From an uncultured Nitrososphaerota archaeon (GTDB lineage Archaea; Thermoproteota; Nitrososphaeria; Nitrososphaerales; Nitrosopumilaceae), in the NCBI GenBank assembly GCA_963701075.1, contig OY969559.1:288001-352000 (forward strand): DNA of 64,000 nucleotides, written 5' to 3'. Shown here piece by piece: positions 8,730 through 16,653 of the stretch. Positions within the stretch are counted from its first letter, which is position 1. Every line of letters starts with the position of its first letter. Position numbers and translations under genes: made by a program. Below the pieces are notes generated by a model, which searched no databases, had not been told where the DNA came from, and saw only the letters and a program-made list of their open reading frames with translations.

Positions 8730-9371
8730 CTACTCGTATGTTGATTGTGACGATACGCCGGAGGGTGATGGAACTGATGGGAATCTGTCGCCGATCTGTT
8801 GTTCTGCAACTGCGGATGCTTCTTGTAGTATCTTGTCTGTCTCTTCGCTTGATACGTCGGAGTCCACATTGAAGTCTCCTCCTGCTAGCGAGTCCATCAT
8901 TAGTCCATTGAGTGTCTGGGTCATAGAGTTCAGTTCGGAATCTGCCTCTGGCATAAATCTTCCAAGGGATGATTTGAGTCCCTTCATTGTAGACATTGCA
9001 GGAGCTATTGCTACCATTGCGTCTCCTAAGTCGTGTATTGTTGTTAGACGTAATTGTACTTGCTCTAGTGCCATTCGGGCATTTCCTAGCATCTTTGTGA
9101 CCTTTCTTATCTCGGCAAGCTCATTGGACAGAACTCTGCTTGTGCTCGCATCGTGCTGTTGCATGGCGGTTACGATTCGCTTGAAAAGCTGTTCATCTCT
9201 TTGTCTCAGCTTTGTCAGCATAGAATCCATCTTCGATATTTGACCCTGTAATTTGTTCACAGCGCCCTCAATTCTAGGTTTGAGTGCTCCCTGTGGTTTT
9301 ACAGTTTCACGTAATTTTTCGGTTAAACCTGCAGACTCGGGACGAGTCCAGGTCTTATCGAAGCCGGTCAT
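8730..9371 (-). CDS. cdvB: ESCRT-III / CdvB-family cell division protein (Snf7)
   Basis: Snf7 helical pattern SNELAEIRKVTKMLGNARMALEQVQLRLTT...KILQEASAVAE...FPSVP. Confidence 0.92.
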   Translation of the reverse strand: MTGFDKTWTRPESAGLTEKLRETVKPQGALKPRIEGAVNKLQGQISKMDSMLTKLRQRDEQLFKRIVTAMQQHDASTSRVLSNELAEIRKVTKMLGNARMALEQVQLRLTTIHDLGDAMVAIAPAMSTMKGLKSSLGRFMPEADSELNSMTQTLNGLMMDSLAGGDFNVDSDVSSEETDKILQEASAVAEQQIGDRFPSVPSPSGVSSQSTYE

Positions 9372-9391
9372 GGTGGCTAGTTTGAAAGTTA

Positions 9392-9412
9392 GTTCTTAAT
9401 TGCCGGTGTATA
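9392..9412 (-). promoter_or_regulatory. BRE/TATA-type promoter of cdvB (TACACCGGCAATTAAGAAC)
   Basis: AATTAA lies 25-30 nt upstream of the ATG; 17/21 identical to the motif upstream of the other cdvB paralogue, at the same spacing. Confidence 0.65.
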
Positions 9413-9446
9413 TTATCGTCAACTTCAGGCTAAATTAAGCTCACAA

Positions 9447-10764
9447 TCTTCTGTCAAATCTCTGTTGCAGGTATTACGATATGTATGGTAATGATAACAT
9501 AACCAGACTCTTTTGTTTGTTGTTCTGCCCAACACATACATACAGAAATGACTTCCATTGCAATCCAATCTGTTAAACAGCGTCACGGTATTAATGATCG
9601 TAAAGTTATCAACTTTTTGGAGATATTCAGATACATGGTAAATCACAGTATCAGGATTGGATTGCAAAATAATTGCTCTACAATGAAAAAGCTTTGCATG
9701 TTATCTTATCATGAACTTAAACAATATGATATCCCAAGCTACTACAAACTATGTGCCATATCAAAGGCAGCTGGGATCCTAGCATCAAGGAATAAATCAA
9801 TTAAACGTGGTTATCCGGTCAAGAATCCATATATGAAAAAACCAGTACTTGTTTCATGTTACGGATTCAAGTACCAAGATGGAACCCTAAAGATTCCTCT
9901 TGGAGACAGAACGTATCTTGATGTATCATTAAATCATTATTGTAAGGAAATTTTATCAGAAGATCCTCAAATCAAAATCAGATCCTTTACACTTACTGCC
10001 AGTCATATCAGCATATCATATTCAAAAGAGATCACTCAAATCAAATGTGATAGTACTGTAGGAATTGATAGGAATCTTGGAAATCTTACCCTTGGTAACT
10101 GTACCAAGGTAATTCAGTTTGACCTTTCAAAGACTATACAAATTGCTGAAAACACAAAATCAATCTATTCCAGTTTCAAACGTAATGATTGCAGAATCAG
10201 AAAGAAAATTTATTCCAAGCATGGAAAGAGGAGAAAGAATAGAGTAGATCAGATCTTGCATAAAGTTTCAAAGACTGTTGTTGAGTATGTGATAACGAAC
10301 AAAACAGCTCTGGTGTTTGAAGATATCAGGCATATTAGAAAATTATATCAGAAAGGCAATGGACAAGGAAGAGAATATCGTGGAAGGATGAATGGTTGGT
10401 CATTTTCAGAAATAAAAAGACAGATAGAATACAAGTCAAGATGGAAAGGTGTTCCAATCATTCAGTTATCAAAAAAGGAAACAATGGGTACAAGTTCACG
10501 CTGTCCTATATGTGGGGAGAGACTCCGAAAGGACATGCAAACGAGGAACTTGTCATGTGATGTTTGTAAGAAGAGATGGGATCGTGATGTTGTCGCAGTC
10601 ATGAACCAGTCTCTTCGAGGGTGGGTTAGGTTCGCTCATTCAAAAGGTCCTGCAGATGAAGCGATGATACAGGAACCTGGGTCTGTTGTCATAACAATAA
10701 CATCCCCAGTAATCCTGAGAGTCGATGCAGGAAAGTCGTGTCTTCAACAGGAGACGACAGAATC
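9447..10764 (+). mobile_element. tnpB-only element with imperfect TIRs and 9-bp direct repeats
   Basis: AGCTCACAA at 9438-9446 and 10765-10773. Left end TCTTCTGTCAAATCTCTGTTGCAG versus reverse-complemented right end GATTCTGTCGTCTCCTGTTGAAG. Confidence 0.8.
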
Positions 10765-10825
10765 AGCTCACAAAATAAATCCAACAAGGTCGGTTCGAAA
10801 TCGTGTCAAGGATAGCGGTATTTGA
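9548..10825 (+). CDS. tnpB: RNA-guided endonuclease TnpB
   Basis: RuvC I GIDRNL, RuvC II VFEDIR, zinc finger CPICG...CDVC, RuvC III DRDVVA; catalytic D/E/D intact. Confidence 0.92.
   Translation: MTSIAIQSVKQRHGINDRKVINFLEIFRYMVNHSIRIGLQNNCSTMKKLCMLSYHELKQYDIPSYYKLCAISKAAGILASRNKSIKRGYPVKNPYMKKPVLVSCYGFKYQDGTLKIPLGDRTYLDVSLNHYCKEILSEDPQIKIRSFTLTASHISISYSKEITQIKCDSTVGIDRNLGNLTLGNCTKVIQFDLSKTIQIAENTKSIYSSFKRNDCRIRKKIYSKHGKRRKNRVDQILHKVSKTVVEYVITNKTALVFEDIRHIRKLYQKGNGQGREYRGRMNGWSFSEIKRQIEYKSRWKGVPIIQLSKKETMGTSSRCPICGERLRKDMQTRNLSCDVCKKRWDRDVVAVMNQSLRGWVRFAHSKGPADEAMIQEPGSVVITITSPVILRVDAGKSCLQQETTESAHKINPTRSVRNRVKDSGI
10620..10785 (+). ncRNA. Predicted omegaRNA (reRNA) scaffold plus guide of TnpB, overlapping the tnpB 3' end
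   Basis: Nested stems TCCTGCA 10648-10654 / TGCAGGA 10726-10732 and CAGGA..CTGGG / CCCAG..TCCTG; hairpin GTCGT...ACGAC 10735-10758; position typical for TnpB RNAs; boundaries approximate. Confidence 0.6.
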
Positions 10826-11558
10826 TTCTGGTCTGGGTTCCCTTTCCATAATAAAACCAATTCAAAAAAAGATCAAGACTGAGATTATCTATTTTGCTGA
10901 TCAGGACAATTTTCCATATGGCACAAAATCTACTAGCAAGTTAAGAAAGATTATCAAGTCAACCATTAGAAAATTGGAAGAAAAATTTGAACCAGATTTG
11001 ATAGTGATTGCTTCAAATACACCTTCACTTTTGCTAAATCCCAAAAAACAATCAAAAATTTTAGGGGTTTATCCACCATTAGAAGATGCGGTAGAGAAGA
11101 CAATTACAAATTCAATAGCAGTTCTTGCCACCAAATCAGTTGTTGAAAGTAAAGAACTAGAAAATTACATCAAAAAACAAGTTCCCAAAAGAATTAGAGT
11201 GATTAAAATTAACGCGTCGTCACTTGTAGATCTCGTAGAATCTGGAAAGTTTATTTCTAAAAAAGAATTGTGTAAAAAAAAGATTAGAGCAATCCTACAA
11301 CTAATACAAAAGGAGAGAGTTGATGTGGTAACCTTGTCTAGTACACACCTTCCATTTCTTCTGCCAATGTTAAAGGAGATTTTTCCTAATGTAACATTCC
11401 TTGATCCAGCAGATGCTGTAGCCGATAAGATTGCAACATTACTACATGGTAAGAAGGAAAGTAGGTACAAACTAAAGATCTTTGCCTCTGGCAATACCAC
11501 TACTTTTCAAAAAAAGTTACAAAAATTGGGAATTAAAAACAAAGTATTTCCGCTATGA
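10803..11558 (+). CDS. murI: Glutamate racemase family protein (both catalytic Cys replaced by Ser)
   Basis: IAVFDSGLG, ADQDNFPYGTK, VIASNT, LSSTHLP. Confidence 0.85.
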   Translation: MSRIAVFDSGLGSLSIIKPIQKKIKTEIIYFADQDNFPYGTKSTSKLRKIIKSTIRKLEEKFEPDLIVIASNTPSLLLNPKKQSKILGVYPPLEDAVEKTITNSIAVLATKSVVESKELENYIKKQVPKRIRVIKINASSLVDLVESGKFISKKELCKKKIRAILQLIQKERVDVVTLSSTHLPFLLPMLKEIFPNVTFLDPADAVADKIATLLHGKKESRYKLKIFASGNTTTFQKKLQKLGIKNKVFPL

Positions 11559-12320
11559 AATTACTTTGGCCTTTCGATATCCATGGCTGAAAGTTTTGTC
11601 ATAAAGTTTAGAATATTCATAATGTTTCGGATTTACAATTTCTCCAATGATTATGATTGCAGTTTTTGTAATTTTTTCGTCTCTGATTTTTTTTGTAATG
11701 TTTTCTAATGTTCCAGTTATTACCTTTTCATCTTTCCAGCTTGCTCTATAGACAGCTGCTACAGGAGTTGATTTAGAATATCCGCCTTTGATTGCTTCCT
11801 TAACAATATCGGATATGAGATGAACGCTCAGATAGAATATCATAGTGGCTTTATGCTTTGCAAGCTCTGAAATTTTTTCTCTTGTTGGTACTTTTGTTCG
11901 CGATTCTGCCCTTGTCACAATAATGGTTTGGGTGACGCCGGGCAGGGTAAGCTCACACCCTAGTGCTGCAGCAGATGCCAGAAAAGAAGTGATTCCTGGC
12001 ACTATCTCAAATCCAATTCCATCTTTTTTGAGGTTGTCAGTCTGCTCTCTTATTGCGCCATAGATTGAAGGATCGCCGTCATGTAATCTCACAACTAGTT
12101 TTCCTTTCAATGCGTTATCCCGTAGAATCTTGAAAATATCTTCTCGAACTAGTTTTGCAGCATCATGCAATTCTGCTCTTTTACAGAGTTTGACTATTTC
12201 AGGCGGGATTAATGAACCCGAATATACAACTACATCAGCTTTCTGGATTAATTTTTTGGCCTTTACCGTGATAAGTTCCGGGTCACCCGGACCGCAACCA
12301 ACAAAGTAGACTTTACGCAC
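11553..12320 (-). CDS. cbiF: Precorrin-4 C11-methyltransferase (CbiF/CobM)
   Basis: VGCGPGDPELITVKA; RLHDGDPSIYGAIREQ; ELTLPGVTQTII. Confidence 0.93.
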   Translation of the reverse strand: MRKVYFVGCGPGDPELITVKAKKLIQKADVVVYSGSLIPPEIVKLCKRAELHDAAKLVREDIFKILRDNALKGKLVVRLHDGDPSIYGAIREQTDNLKKDGIGFEIVPGITSFLASAAALGCELTLPGVTQTIIVTRAESRTKVPTREKISELAKHKATMIFYLSVHLISDIVKEAIKGGYSKSTPVAAVYRASWKDEKVITGTLENITKKIRDEKITKTAIIIIGEIVNPKHYEYSKLYDKTFSHGYRKAKVIS

Positions 12321-13035
12321 GTTTTACCACCATGATTGAAAAATATTTGCTAGTCAATGTGTCTTTTGTGACTTCGCCAAGTGTTAATTTCTTTACAATC
12401 TCTTCGTTTGTTCCTACGTCTTGGGCTATAGCAAAAAGTGAACTGTCAGGAAAGCCAGCCTCTCTGAGTAGTACGATAACCTGATCAAAATATCTACCAT
12501 CTTTTAGAAATATCATGGTATCGCAGTTTTTTGCAGTCTCTTTTACTCTAGAAAGGTCATAGCATGCAGGTATCACGGCAACTGTTTCATCTCCTTCTGC
12601 TATGCTGATTCCCACTTTGGAGGCAAAAGCAAACATGGATACTATTCCAGGAACTACTGTTATTTTGATTTCAGGATATTTTGACTTGAGCTCGCGTTGC
12701 AGGTAAATCCATGTACTGTATAATGATGGATCTCCTACTGTAAGATATACAACATTTTTCCCATCTTTTACTTTATTCACTATTATGCGTGCATTAGTTT
12801 CCCAAGTGTTCTCTAAGGTTTCCCTGTCCTTTACCATAGGAAATACAAGATTCAAAATGTCAGGTTTTTTGGAATTATCAACCAGTGACGATATTATGGA
12901 ATATGCAATGCTTTCTTTGCCTTCCCTTGAAGTGGGACACATGATTACGTCTGCACTTTGAATGGCCTTTACTGCCTTTACGGTAAGAAGATCTGGATCT
13001 CCAGGACCACAGCCAACGCATGTCAATTCAGCCAT
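12313..13035 (-). CDS. cbiL: Precorrin-2 C20-methyltransferase (CbiL/CobI)
   Basis: GPGDPDLLTVKAV; LVFPM; TVGDPSLYSTW. Confidence 0.92.
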   Translation of the reverse strand: MAELTCVGCGPGDPDLLTVKAVKAIQSADVIMCPTSREGKESIAYSIISSLVDNSKKPDILNLVFPMVKDRETLENTWETNARIIVNKVKDGKNVVYLTVGDPSLYSTWIYLQRELKSKYPEIKITVVPGIVSMFAFASKVGISIAEGDETVAVIPACYDLSRVKETAKNCDTMIFLKDGRYFDQVIVLLREAGFPDSSLFAIAQDVGTNEEIVKKLTLGEVTKDTLTSKYFSIMVVKRA

Positions 13036-13235
13036 TTATAAAAAAATCGCCATTAGCACCTAATTAAAATCTAGATTTCATGGAAACGTTCCATAATAGG
13101 CACGAAATGGGATCCTCATGAATATTTTCGAATACAATTTTTTAGCATAACCTTAGGATTCAGAATTAATCCGGATAATTTGGACTTGACTAATGAGAAT
13201 CCTTTTTAGTCAATTAGTGGTAGAACAATTATTAG

Positions 13236-13484
13236 ATGGAAACTAAAACAGTATCGCATCAAGAAATTAAAAAAATTATGAAGGAAATTCACATTTACAA
13301 GCGAACCACGGAAAAAGAAATAAGACTTTTGAACATGAAGATTGCCAAATTACAGAAAATGATAGAGAAAAGCTTCATACCAGAAGATAATCCCGACGCA
13401 TATGAAATTAAGGCAATAAAGGATTTCGAATCCAAGAAGAAGAAAGAAGATATCAAGTTCGTACCATTGGATCCGTTAAACTAA
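13236..13484 (+). CDS. Putative antitoxin of a type II TA pair
   Basis: 82-aa helical protein ending KFVPLDPL, directly upstream of a RelE-like gene. Confidence 0.7.
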   Translation: METKTVSHQEIKKIMKEIHIYKRTTEKEIRLLNMKIAKLQKMIEKSFIPEDNPDAYEIKAIKDFESKKKKEDIKFVPLDPLN

Positions 13485-13493
13485 CTACTAGAC

Positions 13494-13781
13494 TTGCCAA
13501 TCAAGGTTTTAATCAAAAAAGAAATCTATGATGAGATTAATAGATTTCCTTCTGATCTTAATAATAGGATTAGGGGAGTGCTGAAGGAGCTTGAGACTAC
13601 ATGGCCTATGTCTAGACTTGACATAAAAAAATTAAAGGGATTTGACAATCATTACAGAATTCGTGTTGGAGATTATAGAATTCTCTTCTTACGTGAGTCA
13701 GGTACTGCAAAAATTTACGATGTATCGCATAGACGTGATGTGTATAAAAGAAAAGACAACTTTTATGCAAAAAATGAGTGA
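13494..13781 (+). CDS. relE: RelE/ParE-family toxin
   Basis: DIKKLKG...YRIRVGDYRILF...HRRDVY. Confidence 0.9.
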   Translation: MPIKVLIKKEIYDEINRFPSDLNNRIRGVLKELETTWPMSRLDIKKLKGFDNHYRIRVGDYRILFLRESGTAKIYDVSHRRDVYKRKDNFYAKNE

Positions 13782-13827
13782 ATTTAGGAAATGTCATCAG
13801 CAGATAGAAAATGACAAAAAGTGTGTG

Positions 13828-14418
13828 CTAGATTTTCGTTGCAGAGATTATGGTGACTGGATTTCTAGCAAGCATCATTGTACCAGTAGATGTCTTGCGG
13901 CTCTTGGATATTGTAACTTGTGTAATGTCAACAGATGAAAACTTGAGTTTTTCTATAGCTGAGAGCACAGAATAAAGGGTTTCAATCAAAATGGTTCCTA
14001 TTACTATTCTTCCTCCTTGCTTGAGTCTGCCTTCACAGAGTTTTAGTATCTCAGATGTCTCGCCTCCTGTTCCCCCGATAAATATTGCATCAGCTACAGG
14101 AAGCTCTGAAATCTTTTCTAACGCATTTCCTAAAATGACTGTAACATTTAAGATCCCAAACTTGGACAGATTTTTCTTGGTAAGTTCTACTGCTTTTGGA
14201 TCAAAATCAATTGCAAAAACTTTTCCGGATATACCTATTTGATGTGCTGCCTCTATTGATACAGACCCGCTTCCACATCCAATGTCATATACAGTTTGGC
14301 CCTCATCTAGTCTGCCTTTACTAATTTGTACTGTACGTACTTCTTCTTTTGTAATTGGTACCTCTTCTACTCTCTCAAATAGTTCATCTGGAATGCCAGG
14401 TGTTCTATATTTCCACAT
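13828..14418 (-). CDS. cbiT: Precorrin-6B C15-methyltransferase (decarboxylating), CbiT
   Basis: TPGIPDELF, ITKEEVR, DIGCGSGSVS, MMLARNPV. Confidence 0.93.
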   Translation of the reverse strand: MWKYRTPGIPDELFERVEEVPITKEEVRTVQISKGRLDEGQTVYDIGCGSGSVSIEAAHQIGISGKVFAIDFDPKAVELTKKNLSKFGILNVTVILGNALEKISELPVADAIFIGGTGGETSEILKLCEGRLKQGGRIVIGTILIETLYSVLSAIEKLKFSSVDITQVTISKSRKTSTGTMMLARNPVTIISATKI

Positions 14419-14456
14419 CTAGTCTGAATGAGATTTTATTTTATATTTAGAACTAC

Positions 14457-14897
14457 CTAATGCACTGTTGCAATGCTGCTAATATGTGGATTGATTATCG
14501 TATATACCAGAATCCAGCTAACCAAGAACATCAAAAAATAGCTTCCAATACCAGTCATGACAAGTTTTCTCTTATCAGACAACGGCAGCGGAACTCTTAG
14601 TGCTTTTGCTATTCCATATGATATAATGAATAACACAATTACAATCCCCAATCCTGTATACGCTCTTTCATGAGCATGCAACATAGTACTTCCAATTATG
14701 GCAGAAATAGATCCAGCTAGTATACCCAGACCAACGCGCAGCCAGAACACCTTGTCAAGGCCACTTTTTATCCTAGATTCGTCAGTCTCCATAGCACGTG
14801 GTTCTTCAGGAGGCATATCCTTTGCAGTGTTGTCATTTGGCTCTGGTTTCTTATCGTTATCTTTGCCTTTTGGATGTCTTACCAAGTAAATTTTCAA
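14457..14897 (-). CDS. 3-TM membrane protein, EMC6/Rab5ip-like
   Basis: WLRVGLGILAGSISAIIG...TGIGSYFLMFLVSWILVYTI resembles the EMC6 pattern; start may be 14885. Confidence 0.6.
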   Translation of the reverse strand: MKIYLVRHPKGKDNDKKPEPNDNTAKDMPPEEPRAMETDESRIKSGLDKVFWLRVGLGILAGSISAIIGSTMLHAHERAYTGLGIVIVLFIISYGIAKALRVPLPLSDKRKLVMTGIGSYFLMFLVSWILVYTIINPHISSIATVH

Positions 14898-15034
14898 ACT
14901 TACTCAGGGAAGCCTGTGTAAATATTTACCGTTATGAGATTAAGGCATGAATTACTGGAATTTAATACCAAAAATATCATGTCCAAGTGTAGAAATGTCC
15001 TTTTACTTCAAAACTCTAAACTCTTGCAATCCTA

Positions 15035-15267
15035 GATGTCAGACTACTGGTACTGGAGTGATAGTATAATCTATGAGAAGTGGTGGATTGTCAAGTCCGT
15101 ATTCTCAGTATTGAAGAGTTTTCGGTGATCACGTGATGGCACACGAGTGACAGAACAGGAAAAGGAACTAGAATTGAAGATCTCCTTGTCAACAGATTCA
15201 TGAACATGTAATAGGGAGGATAGGATGATGCGATCTGCTTAAACTATGTGGAGTTGGTCGACAAAGC
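15035..15267 (+). pseudogene. IS5-family transposase 3' remnant with right TIR
   Basis: Broken frames give YEKWWIVKSVFSVLK..FGDHVMAHE...KELELKISL..NRFMNM*; GAGTTGGTCGACAAAGC at 15251-15267 resembles an IS5 (IS903-like GCTTTGT...) end. Confidence 0.65.
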
Positions 15268-15284
15268 ATGTTATAATTACCAGC

Positions 15285-15438
15285 CTTTCATATTCTTGCA
15301 AGTATCATAATCTTTGTTGAAGGTATTCAAGTCAATGAAACAATTGATTTGGTTGGAAATTTCTTGAATACATCATATTTCTGGGATATAGCAGATCGGG
15401 TTACATTAGATGTATTGAAGTGGCATATGGAGGCTTGA
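15285..15438 (+). pseudogene. tnpA: Eroded, internally deleted IS200/IS605 tnpA (Y1 transposase)
   Basis: YSCKYH (TnpA N-terminal motif) and FLNTSYFWDIADRVTLDVLKWHMEA* (compare FWxxSYF...VTLDVLKKYVE); the catalytic Tyr position reads His. Confidence 0.6.
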
Positions 15439-15442
15439 GGTA

Positions 15443-16585
15443 GTGCGTAATTACAAATTCAGACTGTATCCTAACAGCGTCATCAAAGCAAGGCTCGGTG
15501 CCACATTAGAAGCCTCTCGCTGGCTGTACAACTACCTTTTGAGTAAGAACTTACGGTCCAAGCAGGACATGCAGTTTGCACTCACAGAGCTCAAGGAGAC
15601 CGAGACGTGGTTGAAACTATACCACAGCAAGATGCTCCAGATGATACCACACAGGATAGACAGTGCAAGGAGATCATTGATAGAAAAGAAAAAGAGGGGA
15701 TATGTTGTGGGTCAGCTACAATATGCAACAAGGGATGAATGGAACACGTTTGTCTACAACCAATCCGGATTCAGCATCGAGAAGCATGGTAACGCTGATC
15801 TACTCTGGCTCTCAAAGATAGGATGGGTGGAGATAAGATTACACAGACCAGTAGATGGTAATATCAAACAGATAACCATGACAAAGAAGGTTGGTAAATG
15901 GTATGCCATAATTGCTGTAGAGATACAACCCGTCTTGCCTAAACTCATCGATATAAAGAAAAGTGTTGGTATCGATGTTGGTATTAAGAACTATACATAC
16001 GACTCGGATGGAAATGTAACACCAAATCCACAAAACTTGGAGAGGATGTTAAAGTCACTGGCAAGGGCACAGAGAAAGATGTCGAGAAGGGTCAAGGGTT
16101 CAAACAACTACAAGAAGGCAAAACGATGGTATCAAATTGTTCATGAACGCATTACCAACAGGAGAAGGGATTTCCAGCACAAACTTTCTACGCACTATGC
16201 CAGAAAGTATGATGTTGTCTTCATGGAAAAACTGCACCTGCAGAACATGGTAAAAAATCATAATCTTGCTCGAAGAATTATGGATGCAGGATGGGGTTCA
16301 TTCAAAAATATGATTGAGTACAAATGTATGGAAATCGATGTCGAATCACGAAATTCAACAATCGATTGTTCCAGATGCGGGCACAAAGTCCCAAAGACGC
16401 TTGCCATAAGAATTCACCATTGCGACCAATGTGGTTTATCCATTGATCGCGACCACAACGCAAGCCTCAATATACTCAAGCGAGGACTGGCGTTGTGGAA
16501 CTTACCGATGGAACATCGGGAAGTCACGCCTGTGGAGATCTCACAGAGATCACAGAAGCAGGAAGAATCTCTATCTGTAGGGTAG
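15443..16585 (+). CDS. tnpB: IS200/IS605 TnpB RNA-guided endonuclease
   Basis: MRNYKFRLYP HTH; GIDVGI; FMEKL; CSRCG...CDQC; DRDHNASLNIL; tail REVTPVE...KQE typical of omegaRNA overlap. Confidence 0.95.
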   Translation: MRNYKFRLYPNSVIKARLGATLEASRWLYNYLLSKNLRSKQDMQFALTELKETETWLKLYHSKMLQMIPHRIDSARRSLIEKKKRGYVVGQLQYATRDEWNTFVYNQSGFSIEKHGNADLLWLSKIGWVEIRLHRPVDGNIKQITMTKKVGKWYAIIAVEIQPVLPKLIDIKKSVGIDVGIKNYTYDSDGNVTPNPQNLERMLKSLARAQRKMSRRVKGSNNYKKAKRWYQIVHERITNRRRDFQHKLSTHYARKYDVVFMEKLHLQNMVKNHNLARRIMDAGWGSFKNMIEYKCMEIDVESRNSTIDCSRCGHKVPKTLAIRIHHCDQCGLSIDRDHNASLNILKRGLALWNLPMEHREVTPVEISQRSQKQEESLSVG

Positions 16586-16653
16586 AATAGTTCACAATGT
16601 TTGGTTGACCCTCAATAGCAAAGAGTATAATTTTGGACTGTTAACGACTCATT

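Larger units (their letters stand above)
15270..16595 (+). mobile_element. Non-autonomous IS605-type element; right end at ...TAGTTCAC 16595
   Basis: tnpA remnant plus tnpB; subterminal hairpin TCTATCT-GTA-GGGTAGA followed by TTCAC; left end not resolved. Confidence 0.7.

Noticed and set aside
16596-16606. TnpB guide match to AATGTTTGGTT at 4491
   Set aside because: Only about 11 nt of AT-rich identity, compatible with chance.
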